DNA of 64,000 nucleotides from an uncultured Gemmatimonadales bacterium (GTDB lineage Bacteria; Gemmatimonadota; Gemmatimonadetes; Longimicrobiales; Longimicrobiaceae): NCBI GenBank assembly GCA_963716255.1, contig OY970303.1, positions 4,928,001 to 4,992,000 of the forward strand, read 5' to 3'. Shown piece by piece: positions 1 to 9,351 of this stretch (position 1 is its first letter; each line of letters starts with the position of its first letter). The notes under the pieces were generated by a model. It saw only the letters and a program-made list of their open reading frames with translations, ran no database searches and was not told where the DNA came from. The position numbers and the translations under genes were made by a program.

Positions 1-711
1 CTCCAGGTCCAGCAGGCCCGTGCAGGCCACCGCGTCGCCGGTGCGCTCGCAGAGGACGTTTCCCATGTGGAGGTCGCCGTGCAGCAGCACGCCCGCCTCG
101 TCGGCACGGCGAGCGACCTCGGGGATCATACCCAGCAGACAGTCCACCAGCGGCACGCCGTCCGGCCACCCCGCCTGTACCGCGGGCATGAGGCGGCCGC
201 CCAGGTCCTCCGCAAGCGCCTGCGAGAGGGGCCGGGGATGCTCGGAAGCCGCCCGCAGCTCGCCATGGCCGGGGAGCCGGGTCGTGTGCGCCGTCCGCAT
301 CAGCCGGCCAAAGCTTCGCATCGCGCCCCGCCGCTCGCCGGGGCCGAGCTCAGGCCAGAGATCCGCCAGCGTGGGCAGCTCGATCCGCCAGTACGCGTCG
401 ATCGCGGCCCCGTCCAGCTCCGCCGGGAGATCCACCGGGCGTGGGATGGTAATGCCCGCCGCGCCGAACAGCCCGGCCGCCCGCCGCGCGGTCGCGAACC
501 GCTCCCCGGACCAGGCGTACCGGCCGCGCTTGACGATCATCCGGCGCCCGTCTGCAAGGGTCGCCACGGCGAGGTCGTTCGAGAACTGGCCGTGGTTCAC
601 CAGCGTGAAGGAGGGTGGCTCCGCTTCCGGGCCCACAGCGCTGCACAGGGCGGCGGACACGAGTTCCGCCGGGATCCGGGCGCCGTCGGGCTGTACGAAA
701 TCTGGCTGCAT
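1..711 (-). CDS. Aminoglycoside phosphotransferase (APH)/choline kinase family protein, 3' end runs off the window
   Basis: Not in the ORF track. Manual translation from ATG 711 (RBS GGAGGAGG) gives MQPDFVQPDG...IVKRG...VLLHGDLHMGNVL...TGLLDLE, containing the kinase HGDLxxxN and downstream D motifs. Confidence 0.8.
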   Translation of the reverse strand, partial: MQPDFVQPDGARIPAELVSAALCSAVGPEAEPPSFTLVNHGQFSNDLAVATLADGRRMIVKRGRYAWSGERFATARRAAGLFGAAGITIPRPVDLPAELDGAAIDAYWRIELPTLADLWPELGPGERRGAMRSFGRLMRTAHTTRLPGHGELRAASEHPRPLSQALAEDLGGRLMPAVQAGWPDGVPLVDCLLGMIPEVARRADEAGVLLHGDLHMGNVLCERTGDAVACTGLLDLE

Positions 712-932
712 CGGCCTCCTCCACTCGGCTCGGTGATCGGTCGCGTTCGTCCGCGGACCATACACCCACACGGTTGGTGAGGTGGCGCAGGAGCTTGGAA
801 TCGCTGTGGGCCGTGGGCGCGGCCTCGGCGGCCGGATGCGCTACCGGCCTCTGCGGAGGTCGGCACGATCTTCCGATCTATCGAGCAAAAGGACCGATGG
901 TGGCCTGGAGTCCAGGGAATTCTCTGCCCAGA

Positions 933-967
933 CATTCGCCAGGCGATTCAGGCTCGCTTGGCGAATG
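933..967. terminator. 14-bp stem-loop downstream of the 924-aa gene (possible terminator)
   Basis: CATTCGCCAGGCGA-ttcaggc-TCGCTTGGCGAATG, with one G-U pair and no clear U tract. Confidence 0.3.
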
Positions 968-1090
968 CAGTCAGATCGGCGCTTGGGCATCGAGATCTCA
1001 CGGTTGAAATCGACGATTGCTCACTCGTTCCCCGCATCCGCCAGGCGTTGCGGGCAGGCCGTGGGGCAAGGGCATTCGGCCGGATCGGGA

Positions 1091-3865
1091 TCAGTTCGCG
1101 GCGGCGCGCAGATCCAGGTAGCGATCAATCCCGTTGATTGCGGCCTCCACCTCGCGTGGGATGCGGCTGCATCCCAAGTCGGGGAGGATCTCACGGGCGA
1201 GTGGAAGCTCGCGGCGAACGTCGTCGCTGAGCGGGTCGGTGGCCGCGACGAACCCCACGAGGTCGCCGGCTTGCAGACGCCCGCGCAATTCCGCAGTCTC
1301 CACCTTCCCGCGGGCTCGCAAGAAGGCATAGTTGCCTGCCGCATCCGAGCAGTCGCCGAGCGCAAGGCGCTCGTACGCCATCCACGCGAACGCCACCCGG
1401 TCCAGGCGGTCGAGCGCAGCCTGTAGCCCGTTCAGCCTGCCCAGGTTCAACTGCTCCGACAGCCATCGGGCAAAGCTCATCCGCAGTGGCCGGAGGATGC
1501 GGTCCGTGCGCTCCCGCAATGAGTCCGGGTTCGCGATCCCTCCCTGGTCTGGGAGAGGCCTCCACGTATGCGGCGCGGGTCGCAGTGCCGCCGCCCATCC
1601 TCCTAACTGGGTCAAGCGGGCGTTCTCCGCCGCTCTCCGCGCGCCCCGGCCGCCGTCGTTCCTGCTTTCATGAGGGCCGTTGTTGATTCCGCCGCTCCTT
1701 GAGAACGGCTCGAACCTCACCAGCAGTTCCAGCCCGTTAGGCGTTTGCCGGCTGAACGTGGGGAATCGGTAGGCGGTGTAGTTGCCGACCACGTAGGCGG
1801 TGTAGCAGGTATAGTCCCCGTCGTGCCCGCATGCGCGCCCTGACATGCTGATGCCGCCGGTCTTCGGGCCCCAATCGAAGTCGTAGTGAGCCGCGTTGTA
1901 CTTCCCGTGATACACCGCGTAGCGGGCGATCTGGAGGGGCGTCCTGCCACGCAGCGTGTCGGTTAGACTGGGGAGGTTGCGCCGGCAGGCGCGGACGGCG
2001 GCCACGTCGTCGGTGCGCAGCTCCATGGCGCAGAACCACGCCAGCGGCGACCCCGCCCCGGCGGAGTCCGCCAGCGCCAGGTATTCCTGCTCGATCTGGC
2101 GGACCTGCTCCTGCACCCGCGCCTTGGCCTGCTCGAACGCCAGCAGCCCCCCGCCGTCGGACTGCGTGGAGCGCTGGAGGGCGGCGTCGGACCAGTCGCG
2201 GTAGCTGGCCAGCTGCGCCCGAAGCGCGAGGAGGTCGGTCTTCTCGGTGGGCATGGGGTGCCGGGGATGGCGCAGCCGGAGCGCGATCAGCGGTCTGACC
2301 GCGTCGGCCACCGCCAACGGGTGCGACGCCCGCCCGAACGCGGCGCCGGATACGTCGGGGAACTCCGCCCCCGACGCGGTGCGCAGCTCCTGCACCATCA
2401 CCGGGATCATCCCCACGAAGTGGACCGCCGATCTGATGTCGATGGAGGGGAGGCTCTGGACCGTCCACGGGTGGTTCTCGTGGACGAATACCCGCCCCTT
2501 CCCGTGGATCAACCCGTAGCTGATGAAATCCGACAGGCACGAGGTGAGCCTCGCGCGGCCGGCGCGGGTGGCGGGCGCCGGCTGCTGCGTGGGGAAGAGG
2601 CGGTCGCACTCCGCCACCCGCGCCTGATGCTCGCGGCGGACGAGGTCCTGCTGGGTGTCGCGGATGGTGGTGAAGGCGCCGGTCAGCCGCGCCTCCATGG
2701 CGTTCATCTCGCGAAGCAGCGCGTGCGTCGAGGCGGCCTGGTAGTCGCGGATCTCCTCCACCCGTGCCAGCAACTCGGTGACGTTGCGGTCGATTCGGTT
2801 GACCGCCACCTGGATTTCGCGCAGCTGCCGGGAGATCTGCGCCAGCATCTTCATGATCTGCTGGTGCCGCAGCGTGCCGATGTCGGGTTTTTTGTCCATG
2901 AACGCCTGGGCGATCTTGAACCCCGCCCCGATCAGGTCACCCGTAGCCAGTAGGCTTGCCTGGCTGAACAGGTTTCCGGCCGCCATCAGGTCGCGGATCG
3001 CCTTGCTGCCGTCCAGCGCGGCGTCGCCTACGTCTTTCACCACCCTCCCTAGCTCGGGGTCCAGCAGCTTCAGCACGGTGGCGGCGCGGTGGACGTCATT
3101 GCGGCTGGCGAGCAGCCATCGGTCGCGCTCCTTCGCCGAATCGTCCCGGGGCTTCCCCTCTGCCATGGCGGGGAGAGACGCGCTGCGGACGTCGATCTTC
3201 TCCTGCTGCGCTGCCACCTCGGTCAGCACTCGGTCCACTGCCGCGCCGGCGTCGCCCACGCGGTGCGACAGGTCGGCGCGCACGACGGCGCCGTTGCTCA
3301 CCTCGCTGGCGGCGAGCTGTGCGAGGAGCGGCCCGGCGACCGGAGTGCGGGGGAGGAATGCCGCCAGCCTCGTGACCGGCTCGTCGAGGCTGGGGAGCTT
3401 TCCGCGACGGATGGCGCGGTCGAGCGTCTTCCGCCACTCGCGGTTCGCGAGGCTCTGCGTCGCCGGATCCTCGCGCAACAGCAGGTATGCGCGCTGGGCG
3501 AGGTCGTCCACCACTGCGGGTGCGTCGACGAAGCGGGTGACCCGCTCGCCTTCCTCGTCCCAACTCCGCGGATTACGCAGGAAGTCGTGGTATGTCTCGT
3601 ACAGGGACAGGACGGGATAGTACGGCCGTGCCCGCTCCGTTCGGATGCGGCCGATCGACCGAACCCAGTCACGGTTGGGGCTCACCGCGTTCTCCAGCGC
3701 CTTTTGCAGCAGATCTCGGTCTTCGCGAACGGCATCGACGAACGCCGACTTCCACAGCTCGCGGTGCGCCTCCTCCTGCGCGGCCGCATTTGTCGGCCGA
3801 GCGGCTCCCACGATCAGCAGGAGGAGACAGGATATCCAGGACACAGGAGTAGAGGCGAGGCGCAT
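1091..3865 (-). CDS. Secreted hypothetical protein (924 aa) with a coiled-coil region
   Basis: Long ORF with host-like codon usage; signal peptide (WISCLLLLIVGA...NAAA|QEE); heptad region MLAQISRQLREIQVAVNRIDRNVTELLARVEEI. Confidence 0.75.
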   Translation of the reverse strand: MRLASTPVSWISCLLLLIVGAARPTNAAAQEEAHRELWKSAFVDAVREDRDLLQKALENAVSPNRDWVRSIGRIRTERARPYYPVLSLYETYHDFLRNPRSWDEEGERVTRFVDAPAVVDDLAQRAYLLLREDPATQSLANREWRKTLDRAIRRGKLPSLDEPVTRLAAFLPRTPVAGPLLAQLAASEVSNGAVVRADLSHRVGDAGAAVDRVLTEVAAQQEKIDVRSASLPAMAEGKPRDDSAKERDRWLLASRNDVHRAATVLKLLDPELGRVVKDVGDAALDGSKAIRDLMAAGNLFSQASLLATGDLIGAGFKIAQAFMDKKPDIGTLRHQQIMKMLAQISRQLREIQVAVNRIDRNVTELLARVEEIRDYQAASTHALLREMNAMEARLTGAFTTIRDTQQDLVRREHQARVAECDRLFPTQQPAPATRAGRARLTSCLSDFISYGLIHGKGRVFVHENHPWTVQSLPSIDIRSAVHFVGMIPVMVQELRTASGAEFPDVSGAAFGRASHPLAVADAVRPLIALRLRHPRHPMPTEKTDLLALRAQLASYRDWSDAALQRSTQSDGGGLLAFEQAKARVQEQVRQIEQEYLALADSAGAGSPLAWFCAMELRTDDVAAVRACRRNLPSLTDTLRGRTPLQIARYAVYHGKYNAAHYDFDWGPKTGGISMSGRACGHDGDYTCYTAYVVGNYTAYRFPTFSRQTPNGLELLVRFEPFSRSGGINNGPHESRNDGGRGARRAAENARLTQLGGWAAALRPAPHTWRPLPDQGGIANPDSLRERTDRILRPLRMSFARWLSEQLNLGRLNGLQAALDRLDRVAFAWMAYERLALGDCSDAAGNYAFLRARGKVETAELRGRLQAGDLVGFVAATDPLSDDVRRELPLAREILPDLGCSRIPREVEAAINGIDRYLDLRAAAN

Positions 3866-4249
3866 GTGGGCTCATGGAGTGAGGTCATACGGCAAGGGCT
3901 AACGCGTGCGGACCACAGTTAGATGACCCTCCCACGAGATTTTCCCCGGGTCATCCACGTCAGGGGGGCGCGTGCGATCCTGAATGATTGCCTGGTGATT
4001 CGTCCATCCTTGATGCAATGTGAGAGCTGTTTTTAGAAAAATTCGTCATGTGCTCGTTCATCACCCGGAGGCACCTGTCGGTGGGGATTCGCACAAGTTC
4101 CTGTCTCCCCGGAGAATATGCTCGACCGCTCCAGGCGGTCGGGGCGCCGCACTGAGCCGGGTAGAAACTTGACCGCTTTGAGATGTTTGGTTAAGCATTG
4201 AGCCTCCTCGCCCCGCACTTCCGTTCCGGGCACCCGCAGTAGATTCCCT

Positions 4250-4278
4250 CCGCACATGAGCTCCCCGATGTCCGTTCA
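4250..4278 (+). promoter_or_regulatory. Bipartite motif copy 1 (CCGCACATG-N12-TCCGTTCA), putative ECF promoter
   Basis: Same half-sites and spacing as the copies at 9269 and 11493. Confidence 0.6.
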
Positions 4279-5140
4279 TAGCAGTACCGTTCACTCGCCC
4301 GCCCGCGGCGTCTCCGGACCCGGGCATCCGGATCCCGAGCGCCTGGCGCGGCACGACGCGATCTTCCGCGAGCTCATGCAGCTGGACGCCGCGGCGATGG
4401 TCGCCCGGATGCGCACCGCGCCCAGGGAGGAGCTGCCGGCCGAAGTCCTCGCGCGAGCGTACCACGTCCTCATCCGGGACGGAGCCGGAGACCTGGCGGA
4501 GGCGGCCATCACCCGCCTGTTCGGGAGCGGGCCGGGCGACCCGCTCGGCGGCACGGACGGGCCGGAGTACATGCGCTGGCTGCTGGTGGAGTGCCAGTAC
4601 CGGCTGCCCGCCCGGTGGTCCCGCTGGCGGGATCCGGCGGACCTTTACCAGAGCACCCTTCTCCAGATCCTCCGCAAGCTGCGCCGCCCCGGCGGTGCGA
4701 ACGCACACACGGCGTGGAAGGCGTTCTGCGGAGACCGCCTGGTCGACGCGCTGCGGGAGCGCAGCCGGAAAAAGGACCCGCCGCAGGTCGGGCTGGAAGC
4801 GCAGGATCCCGTCACCGGTGACAGCCTCAACCTGGCCGACACGGTGGAGGATTTCCCCTGGTCCGGGTCCACGGAGTCGGATCTGGAGGAAGGGCTGATG
4901 GCGCACATGCGCGCCAGGATGGAAGCCGTGGAGGACTCCCGGGTTCGTGAGATCGGCCTGGACCAGTTCTTCGGAGACCCGTCGCCGGTCGACGAGAGGA
5001 AGGACCCCTCGGATCCACGGGTGCCGCTCACGGAGCGCTACGGCCTGGACCGCTTCCAGGTCTTCCGCCTGAAGAAGAAAGCCAAGAAGGTGCTGCGGGA
5101 CGCCTTCGACGAGTGGACGGACATGCCCCCCCGGCCGTGA
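4256..5140 (+). CDS. Divergent ECF/sigma70-like RNA polymerase sigma factor (true start may be downstream)
   Basis: Region-2-like DPADLYQSTLLQILRKL...AWKAFCGDRLVDALRERSRK; C-terminal HTH-like LTERYGLDRFQVFRLKKKAKKVLR. Confidence 0.65.
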   Translation: MSSPMSVHSSTVHSPARGVSGPGHPDPERLARHDAIFRELMQLDAAAMVARMRTAPREELPAEVLARAYHVLIRDGAGDLAEAAITRLFGSGPGDPLGGTDGPEYMRWLLVECQYRLPARWSRWRDPADLYQSTLLQILRKLRRPGGANAHTAWKAFCGDRLVDALRERSRKKDPPQVGLEAQDPVTGDSLNLADTVEDFPWSGSTESDLEEGLMAHMRARMEAVEDSRVREIGLDQFFGDPSPVDERKDPSDPRVPLTERYGLDRFQVFRLKKKAKKVLRDAFDEWTDMPPRP

Positions 5141-5184
5141 GCCGCCGGAAAACCCTCACGAGCCACACACCAAGGAGAAGCATC

Positions 5185-5826
5185 ATGCCGTCTGCACACG
5201 ACCGCTCCCTGCACGCGCTGTTCGCGCAGATCGAGACCGCGTGGGAGGAGCGCGGGGACGCCCGGCTCGTCGACCGGCTGGCCGCCGAGCACCCGGAGCA
5301 CGCCGAGGAGCTGTACTCGTTTTTCGATGCGATCACCGCCGGGAACGAAGAGCTTCCGCCCGGAGCGGGCGAGGCCGCCGTCCGGAACACCCTGGCCTGG
5401 CTGAAGGAGGAGCACGAGGCGGGGCTCGCGGAGCTGGGCGCCGCCGGCGGGGGCGGGCTGTCGCCGCCCCTCGACCTGATGGGGCTGCTGGTCGAAGCGT
5501 CGGGGAAGGATCCCCTGGAGATCGTCGAGGCCATGGAGGACGCCCCGCTGGAGCTGCTCGACGTGTTCACCCGGTACCCGCAGCTCGTCAGGCCCGGTGC
5601 CCGCCGCGCGCTGGCGGCCCGCGCCTACCGGGGGCTGGACATCGCCCCATACCGCGTCCTGCGCAAGTTCGACGAGTCGGCGGACTTCGCCCGTGCCGCC
5701 TCGCGTCAGGGCGGCTACGGTCCTCCTCCTGAGAGCTACGAGGACCTGCTGGACCTCGCGGACCTTCCACCGGAGCTGCGCAGTCTCTGGCTCCAGAACG
5801 GCGCCGAGGCGGAGGAAATCGCGTGA
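5185..5826 (+). CDS. Hypothetical protein, putative anti-sigma factor or peptidase substrate
   Basis: RBS AAGGAG before ATG 5185; lies between the sigma gene and the IrrE gene, with a GTGA overlap to the latter. Confidence 0.65.
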   Translation: MPSAHDRSLHALFAQIETAWEERGDARLVDRLAAEHPEHAEELYSFFDAITAGNEELPPGAGEAAVRNTLAWLKEEHEAGLAELGAAGGGGLSPPLDLMGLLVEASGKDPLEIVEAMEDAPLELLDVFTRYPQLVRPGARRALAARAYRGLDIAPYRVLRKFDESADFARAASRQGGYGPPPESYEDLLDLADLPPELRSLWLQNGAEAEEIA

Positions 5827-8800
5827 GGAGCCTTGAGCATGCCCGCGCGCGGGCGCGCGCGGTCCGGACGGAGGTGGGCACCGAGTCCCCTGGGCTCCTG
5901 GAGCGGACCACGGCGTACATCCGCCAGAAGCACCGCAAGATCCTCGCTCCGCTTGCGCCGACCACGATGCAGCGGAGCCGGGCGGAAGTGAAGCTCGGCA
6001 GTCCGCTCCTCCGGTACGACAAGGAGCTGGACACCACGCCCGAAGAGAAGCTGTTCGTGGTGGCCCACGAGCTTGGCCACCTCGAGCTGCACGACCGTCT
6101 CTCGGACCCGTCCATTCCGCCGGACCCGCTGCTCGCGTCGGCGTACATGGGTTCCGGCGCCCCGGGCGTTGCCCGCTACAGCGAGAAGGCAAAGGAAGAG
6201 GCCGAGGCGAACTCCTTCGCAACGGAGTTCCTCTGCCCCACCGCGGAGGTGCTGGCGGAATGGCTGGAGGGCGAGGCTCCGGCCGGGATCGCGGAGCGAC
6301 GCGGGATCCCGCTCCGGCTGGTGCAGGCGCAGCTCGCCGAGGCGCTCTTCGGCCTCGGAGCGGCTGCCGGCGCGCCGCCGGCGCGCGGGCCCGAGCGGGA
6401 GCCCACCGAGGCGCAGAAGGCCGCGGCCCGGGACTTCGGCAGGGCGGTGCTGGTCACCGCGGGTCCGGGCACCGGGAAGAGCCGCACGCTGGTGCTCCGG
6501 ATCGAGCTGCTGCTGGAGCGCGGGGACGTCCGTCCGAGCGACATCCTGGTGCTCACGTTCAGCAACGAGGCCGCCGAGGAGCTGCGGGCGCGGGTCTCGG
6601 CGCGGTTCACGCCGGAGATCGCGGACAAGATCGAGATCTGCACCTTCCACACGTGGGGGTACGTCTTCCTGCACCACTTCCGCAAGGAAGCGGGACTCGA
6701 CGGCGAGGGCGAGCTCGTCCTCCTGGACGACGCGGCCCGCGCGGAGCTGGTCGGGCACGTGCTCTCGGCCGCGGACGCCGACGCCATCCTCGACCTCAAG
6801 GATCCGGACAAGACGGCCGCGAAGGCCGCGGACTACATCGGGTACCTGAAGGACCGGCTCTGGACGCCCGACGACCTGGCGGCGCGGCTGGACGAGTGGA
6901 CCCCCGCGGAGGGGGAGGCGGACACGCGCGCGGAGGCGCGGGCCCTCCTGTCCGTGTACCGCGCCTACGAGGGGGAGCGGAAGCGCCGGGGCGCCGTGGA
7001 CTTCGGCGACCTCATCCTGCTCCCGGTGCAGATCCTGAGAGGGAGCCAGGACCTGCGGGACAGGGTGGCGGCGAAGCACCGGTGGGTGCTGGTGGACGAG
7101 TACCAGGACGTGAGCCGCGCCGTGGCGGAGCTGCTGATCCAGATCTGCGGACCCGACAACCTTCCCTGGGTCGTGGGCGACAAGCGCCAGGCCATCTACC
7201 GGTTCAGGGGCGCGAACCCGGAGAACGTGGACCAGTTCGGAACCGACGACTTCCCGAAGGCGTTCACGCACGAGCTGGACGTCAACTTCCGCTCGGGGGA
7301 GGCGGTGGTGAGCGCCGCCAACCACCTGGCGGCGCTGCTGGACGACCCGGAGTTCGAAGGGGAGGCGCCGGCGCTCTGGCGGGCCAGCCGCGACCTGCCG
7401 CCGGTGGCCGCGCCGGCGGTGGCCATCGCCGCCGCGAACTCCGACACCGCCGAGCGGCAGGGGATCGCGGGGCAGGTGAAGGCCTGGGTGGACGCGGGGG
7501 TGCCGAAGTCCGACATCGCCGTCCTCGCGCGCCGCAACATCGACGTGCGCCAGGTCGCGCTCGCCCTGAACCGGATGGGGGTACGCGCCGTCACCAGCGG
7601 GGTGGTCACCGCGGAAGGCGCCGCCGGCGACCTCGCCGCGGTGATCGCTCTCCCGGATGCCCCGCGCGCGGCCCTGCCGCGGCTGGCCTACGCGCTGTTC
7701 CGCGGGTCCGTGCCGCCTGCAGCGCTGAACGCGGCCATCCGGCACATGATCGACGGGATGGACGCGCGCGGCCGCTTCGAGGTGCGTGCGGTGCCCGGCG
7801 CCGACGGCGTGGTGGAGGAGATGGCCCGCCTGCAGGCGGTGCTGGAGCCTCTTACCTTCGAGCACGACGGGTGGGAAGTGCTGTGCGCCTTCCTCTTCGG
7901 GCACGAGCGATACCTGCGCGACCTGGTGCGGCGGGCGGACGACCCTGAGGCGGCGCTCGCCATCGAGGAGATCGTGACCGTGCTGGCCGCGGCCGCGGCC
8001 CACCGGTACACCCATCCCAGGGTCCAGCCCCGCACCTCGCGCATCGGCTTCGGCCAGCGCCTGCGCTCCATGCTGGCGCAGGCCACGCCCGCGGTCACGC
8101 CCCCGCCGCCGAAGCGGGACGCGGTGCGGGTGATGACCTGCCACGCGTCCAAGGGACTCGAGTTCCCCTACGTCGTGGTCGCCGGGCAGACGCTCTCGGC
8201 GATGCGGGGAGACGACACCTGGCTGCCCCCCGGCATGTGCCGGGACCCGGAGGACGACGCCCACCAGGCGGATTCGCTGCTCTTCGTGGGGCTCACCCGC
8301 GCGGAGCGGGCGGTGGTCGTCTCCTACGCGAGCAGCGCGAGCGGCACCACCCAGGCCCGTCACCAGCGGAACCGTCCGCTGCTCCTGGAGCGGTGGGCCG
8401 AGCGGTCCGGGGTGCGCCGGCTCGACTGGACAGCGGAGCGGGCGGAGAAGGAGTCTTTCAGCGCCACTGGGCTGTGGGGGGGCGTGTACCCCCGGCTGGT
8501 CTCCGCGTACGTGGTGTCCGGGGCCGGGTGTGCCATCCGCACCTACCTGCAGGAGAGCCTGGGTGCGGAGTTCCCGACCGCCAGCACGTCGCTCTGGCCG
8601 GCGTACGTCGGCATCACCCGCCGGACCATGCAGGGCATCGTGCGGGCGGCGAACGCCGCGGGGCGGCCGCTGTCCCCCGCGGAGGCCCTCGCGCTGCTCG
8701 ATGAGCAGTGGGCGGACATGGAGGGGCGCGAGCACCCGCTCCTTTCGCTGTACCGGCGGTACGCGGAGCGGCGGGTGAAGCGCCTCGCCGCGGCGTACAT

Positions 8801-9263
8801 GCCGGCGGCGGGCGCGGAGGACCTGGCCTCCGAGGTGGAGTTGGCGGTGGAAGGCGGCGCGCGCATGGTGCGCACCGACCTGCTGGGGTACTTCCGGCTG
8901 CCCGACGGCCGCCGACGCGCCATCGGGCTGGAGGACGATTCGCTCGCCAGCGTGGCGCTCGAAGATGGAACGCTGAACTGGAAGGAACTGGACCGCCTGC
9001 AGGTGCCGTTCTCGCTCTTGCACACCGCGGCCTCGGGCGACCTGGAGATCTTCGTATACTCGGACGCGGACGGTCGCCTCTACCCGGCACGCTGGAGCAG
9101 GCAGAAGGCGAGCATGTCGAACGGCCGCACCGCCGCGGAGGAGCAGGTGCGGCGCGGGATCGCGGGACAGGTGGAGGCCAAGGTCAAGCCGTACACGTGC
9201 GGGACGTGCCGCCACCTGGTGCACTGCCCCCACTGGGTCGGCGCTGCGGAGGCGCCTTCGTAG
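5823..9263 (+). CDS. Fusion of an ImmA/IrrE metallopeptidase, a UvrD/Rep SF1 helicase and a C-terminal 4-Cys (AddB/Cas4-like) domain
   Basis: Peptidase: VAHELGHLELH and EAEANSFATEFLCP. Helicase: AGPGTGKS, LTFSNEAA, VDEYQD, VGDKRQAIYRFRGA, NFRS, MTCHASKGLEF, FVGLTRA. C-terminus: GCAIR...CGTCRHLVHCP. Confidence 0.9.
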   Translation: MRSLEHARARARAVRTEVGTESPGLLERTTAYIRQKHRKILAPLAPTTMQRSRAEVKLGSPLLRYDKELDTTPEEKLFVVAHELGHLELHDRLSDPSIPPDPLLASAYMGSGAPGVARYSEKAKEEAEANSFATEFLCPTAEVLAEWLEGEAPAGIAERRGIPLRLVQAQLAEALFGLGAAAGAPPARGPEREPTEAQKAAARDFGRAVLVTAGPGTGKSRTLVLRIELLLERGDVRPSDILVLTFSNEAAEELRARVSARFTPEIADKIEICTFHTWGYVFLHHFRKEAGLDGEGELVLLDDAARAELVGHVLSAADADAILDLKDPDKTAAKAADYIGYLKDRLWTPDDLAARLDEWTPAEGEADTRAEARALLSVYRAYEGERKRRGAVDFGDLILLPVQILRGSQDLRDRVAAKHRWVLVDEYQDVSRAVAELLIQICGPDNLPWVVGDKRQAIYRFRGANPENVDQFGTDDFPKAFTHELDVNFRSGEAVVSAANHLAALLDDPEFEGEAPALWRASRDLPPVAAPAVAIAAANSDTAERQGIAGQVKAWVDAGVPKSDIAVLARRNIDVRQVALALNRMGVRAVTSGVVTAEGAAGDLAAVIALPDAPRAALPRLAYALFRGSVPPAALNAAIRHMIDGMDARGRFEVRAVPGADGVVEEMARLQAVLEPLTFEHDGWEVLCAFLFGHERYLRDLVRRADDPEAALAIEEIVTVLAAAAAHRYTHPRVQPRTSRIGFGQRLRSMLAQATPAVTPPPPKRDAVRVMTCHASKGLEFPYVVVAGQTLSAMRGDDTWLPPGMCRDPEDDAHQADSLLFVGLTRAERAVVVSYASSASGTTQARHQRNRPLLLERWAERSGVRRLDWTAERAEKESFSATGLWGGVYPRLVSAYVVSGAGCAIRTYLQESLGAEFPTASTSLWPAYVGITRRTMQGIVRAANAAGRPLSPAEALALLDEQWADMEGREHPLLSLYRRYAERRVKRLAAAYMPAAGAEDLASEVELAVEGGARMVRTDLLGYFRLPDGRRRAIGLEDDSLASVALEDGTLNWKELDRLQVPFSLLHTAASGDLEIFVYSDADGRLYPARWSRQKASMSNGRTAAEEQVRRGIAGQVEAKVKPYTCGTCRHLVHCPHWVGAAEAPS

Positions 9264-9268
9264 ACGAA

Positions 9269-9297
9269 GCGCACATCGGAAGGTGGGGTTCCGTTAA
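9269..9297 (+). promoter_or_regulatory. Bipartite motif copy 2 (GCGCACATC-N12-TCCGTTAA), putative ECF promoter of the Ubl-E2-E1 genes
   Basis: Both half-sites and the spacing are identical to copy 3 at 11493-11521. Confidence 0.65.
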
Positions 9298-9299
9298 GA

Positions 9300-9340
9300 G
9301 AGGGTGTGAGGCCGACCGGCCTCACACCCTCACCTTTTTT
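9300..9340 (+). terminator. Perfect 14-bp hairpin followed by ACC-T6, between the helicase and Ubl genes
   Basis: GAGGGTGTGAGGCC-gacc-GGCCTCACACCCTC-acctttttt. Confidence 0.65.
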
Positions 9341-9351
9341 CGGGAAAGCTT

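Noticed and set aside
5736..9233. 1165-aa antisense ORF (and similar long ORFs at 18243-20756, 48429-51656, 48503-51913, 53799-56645, 59161-61590)
   Set aside because: Shadow frames of high-GC genes: Arg/Pro/Gly-rich with no motifs, and overlapping well-supported genes.
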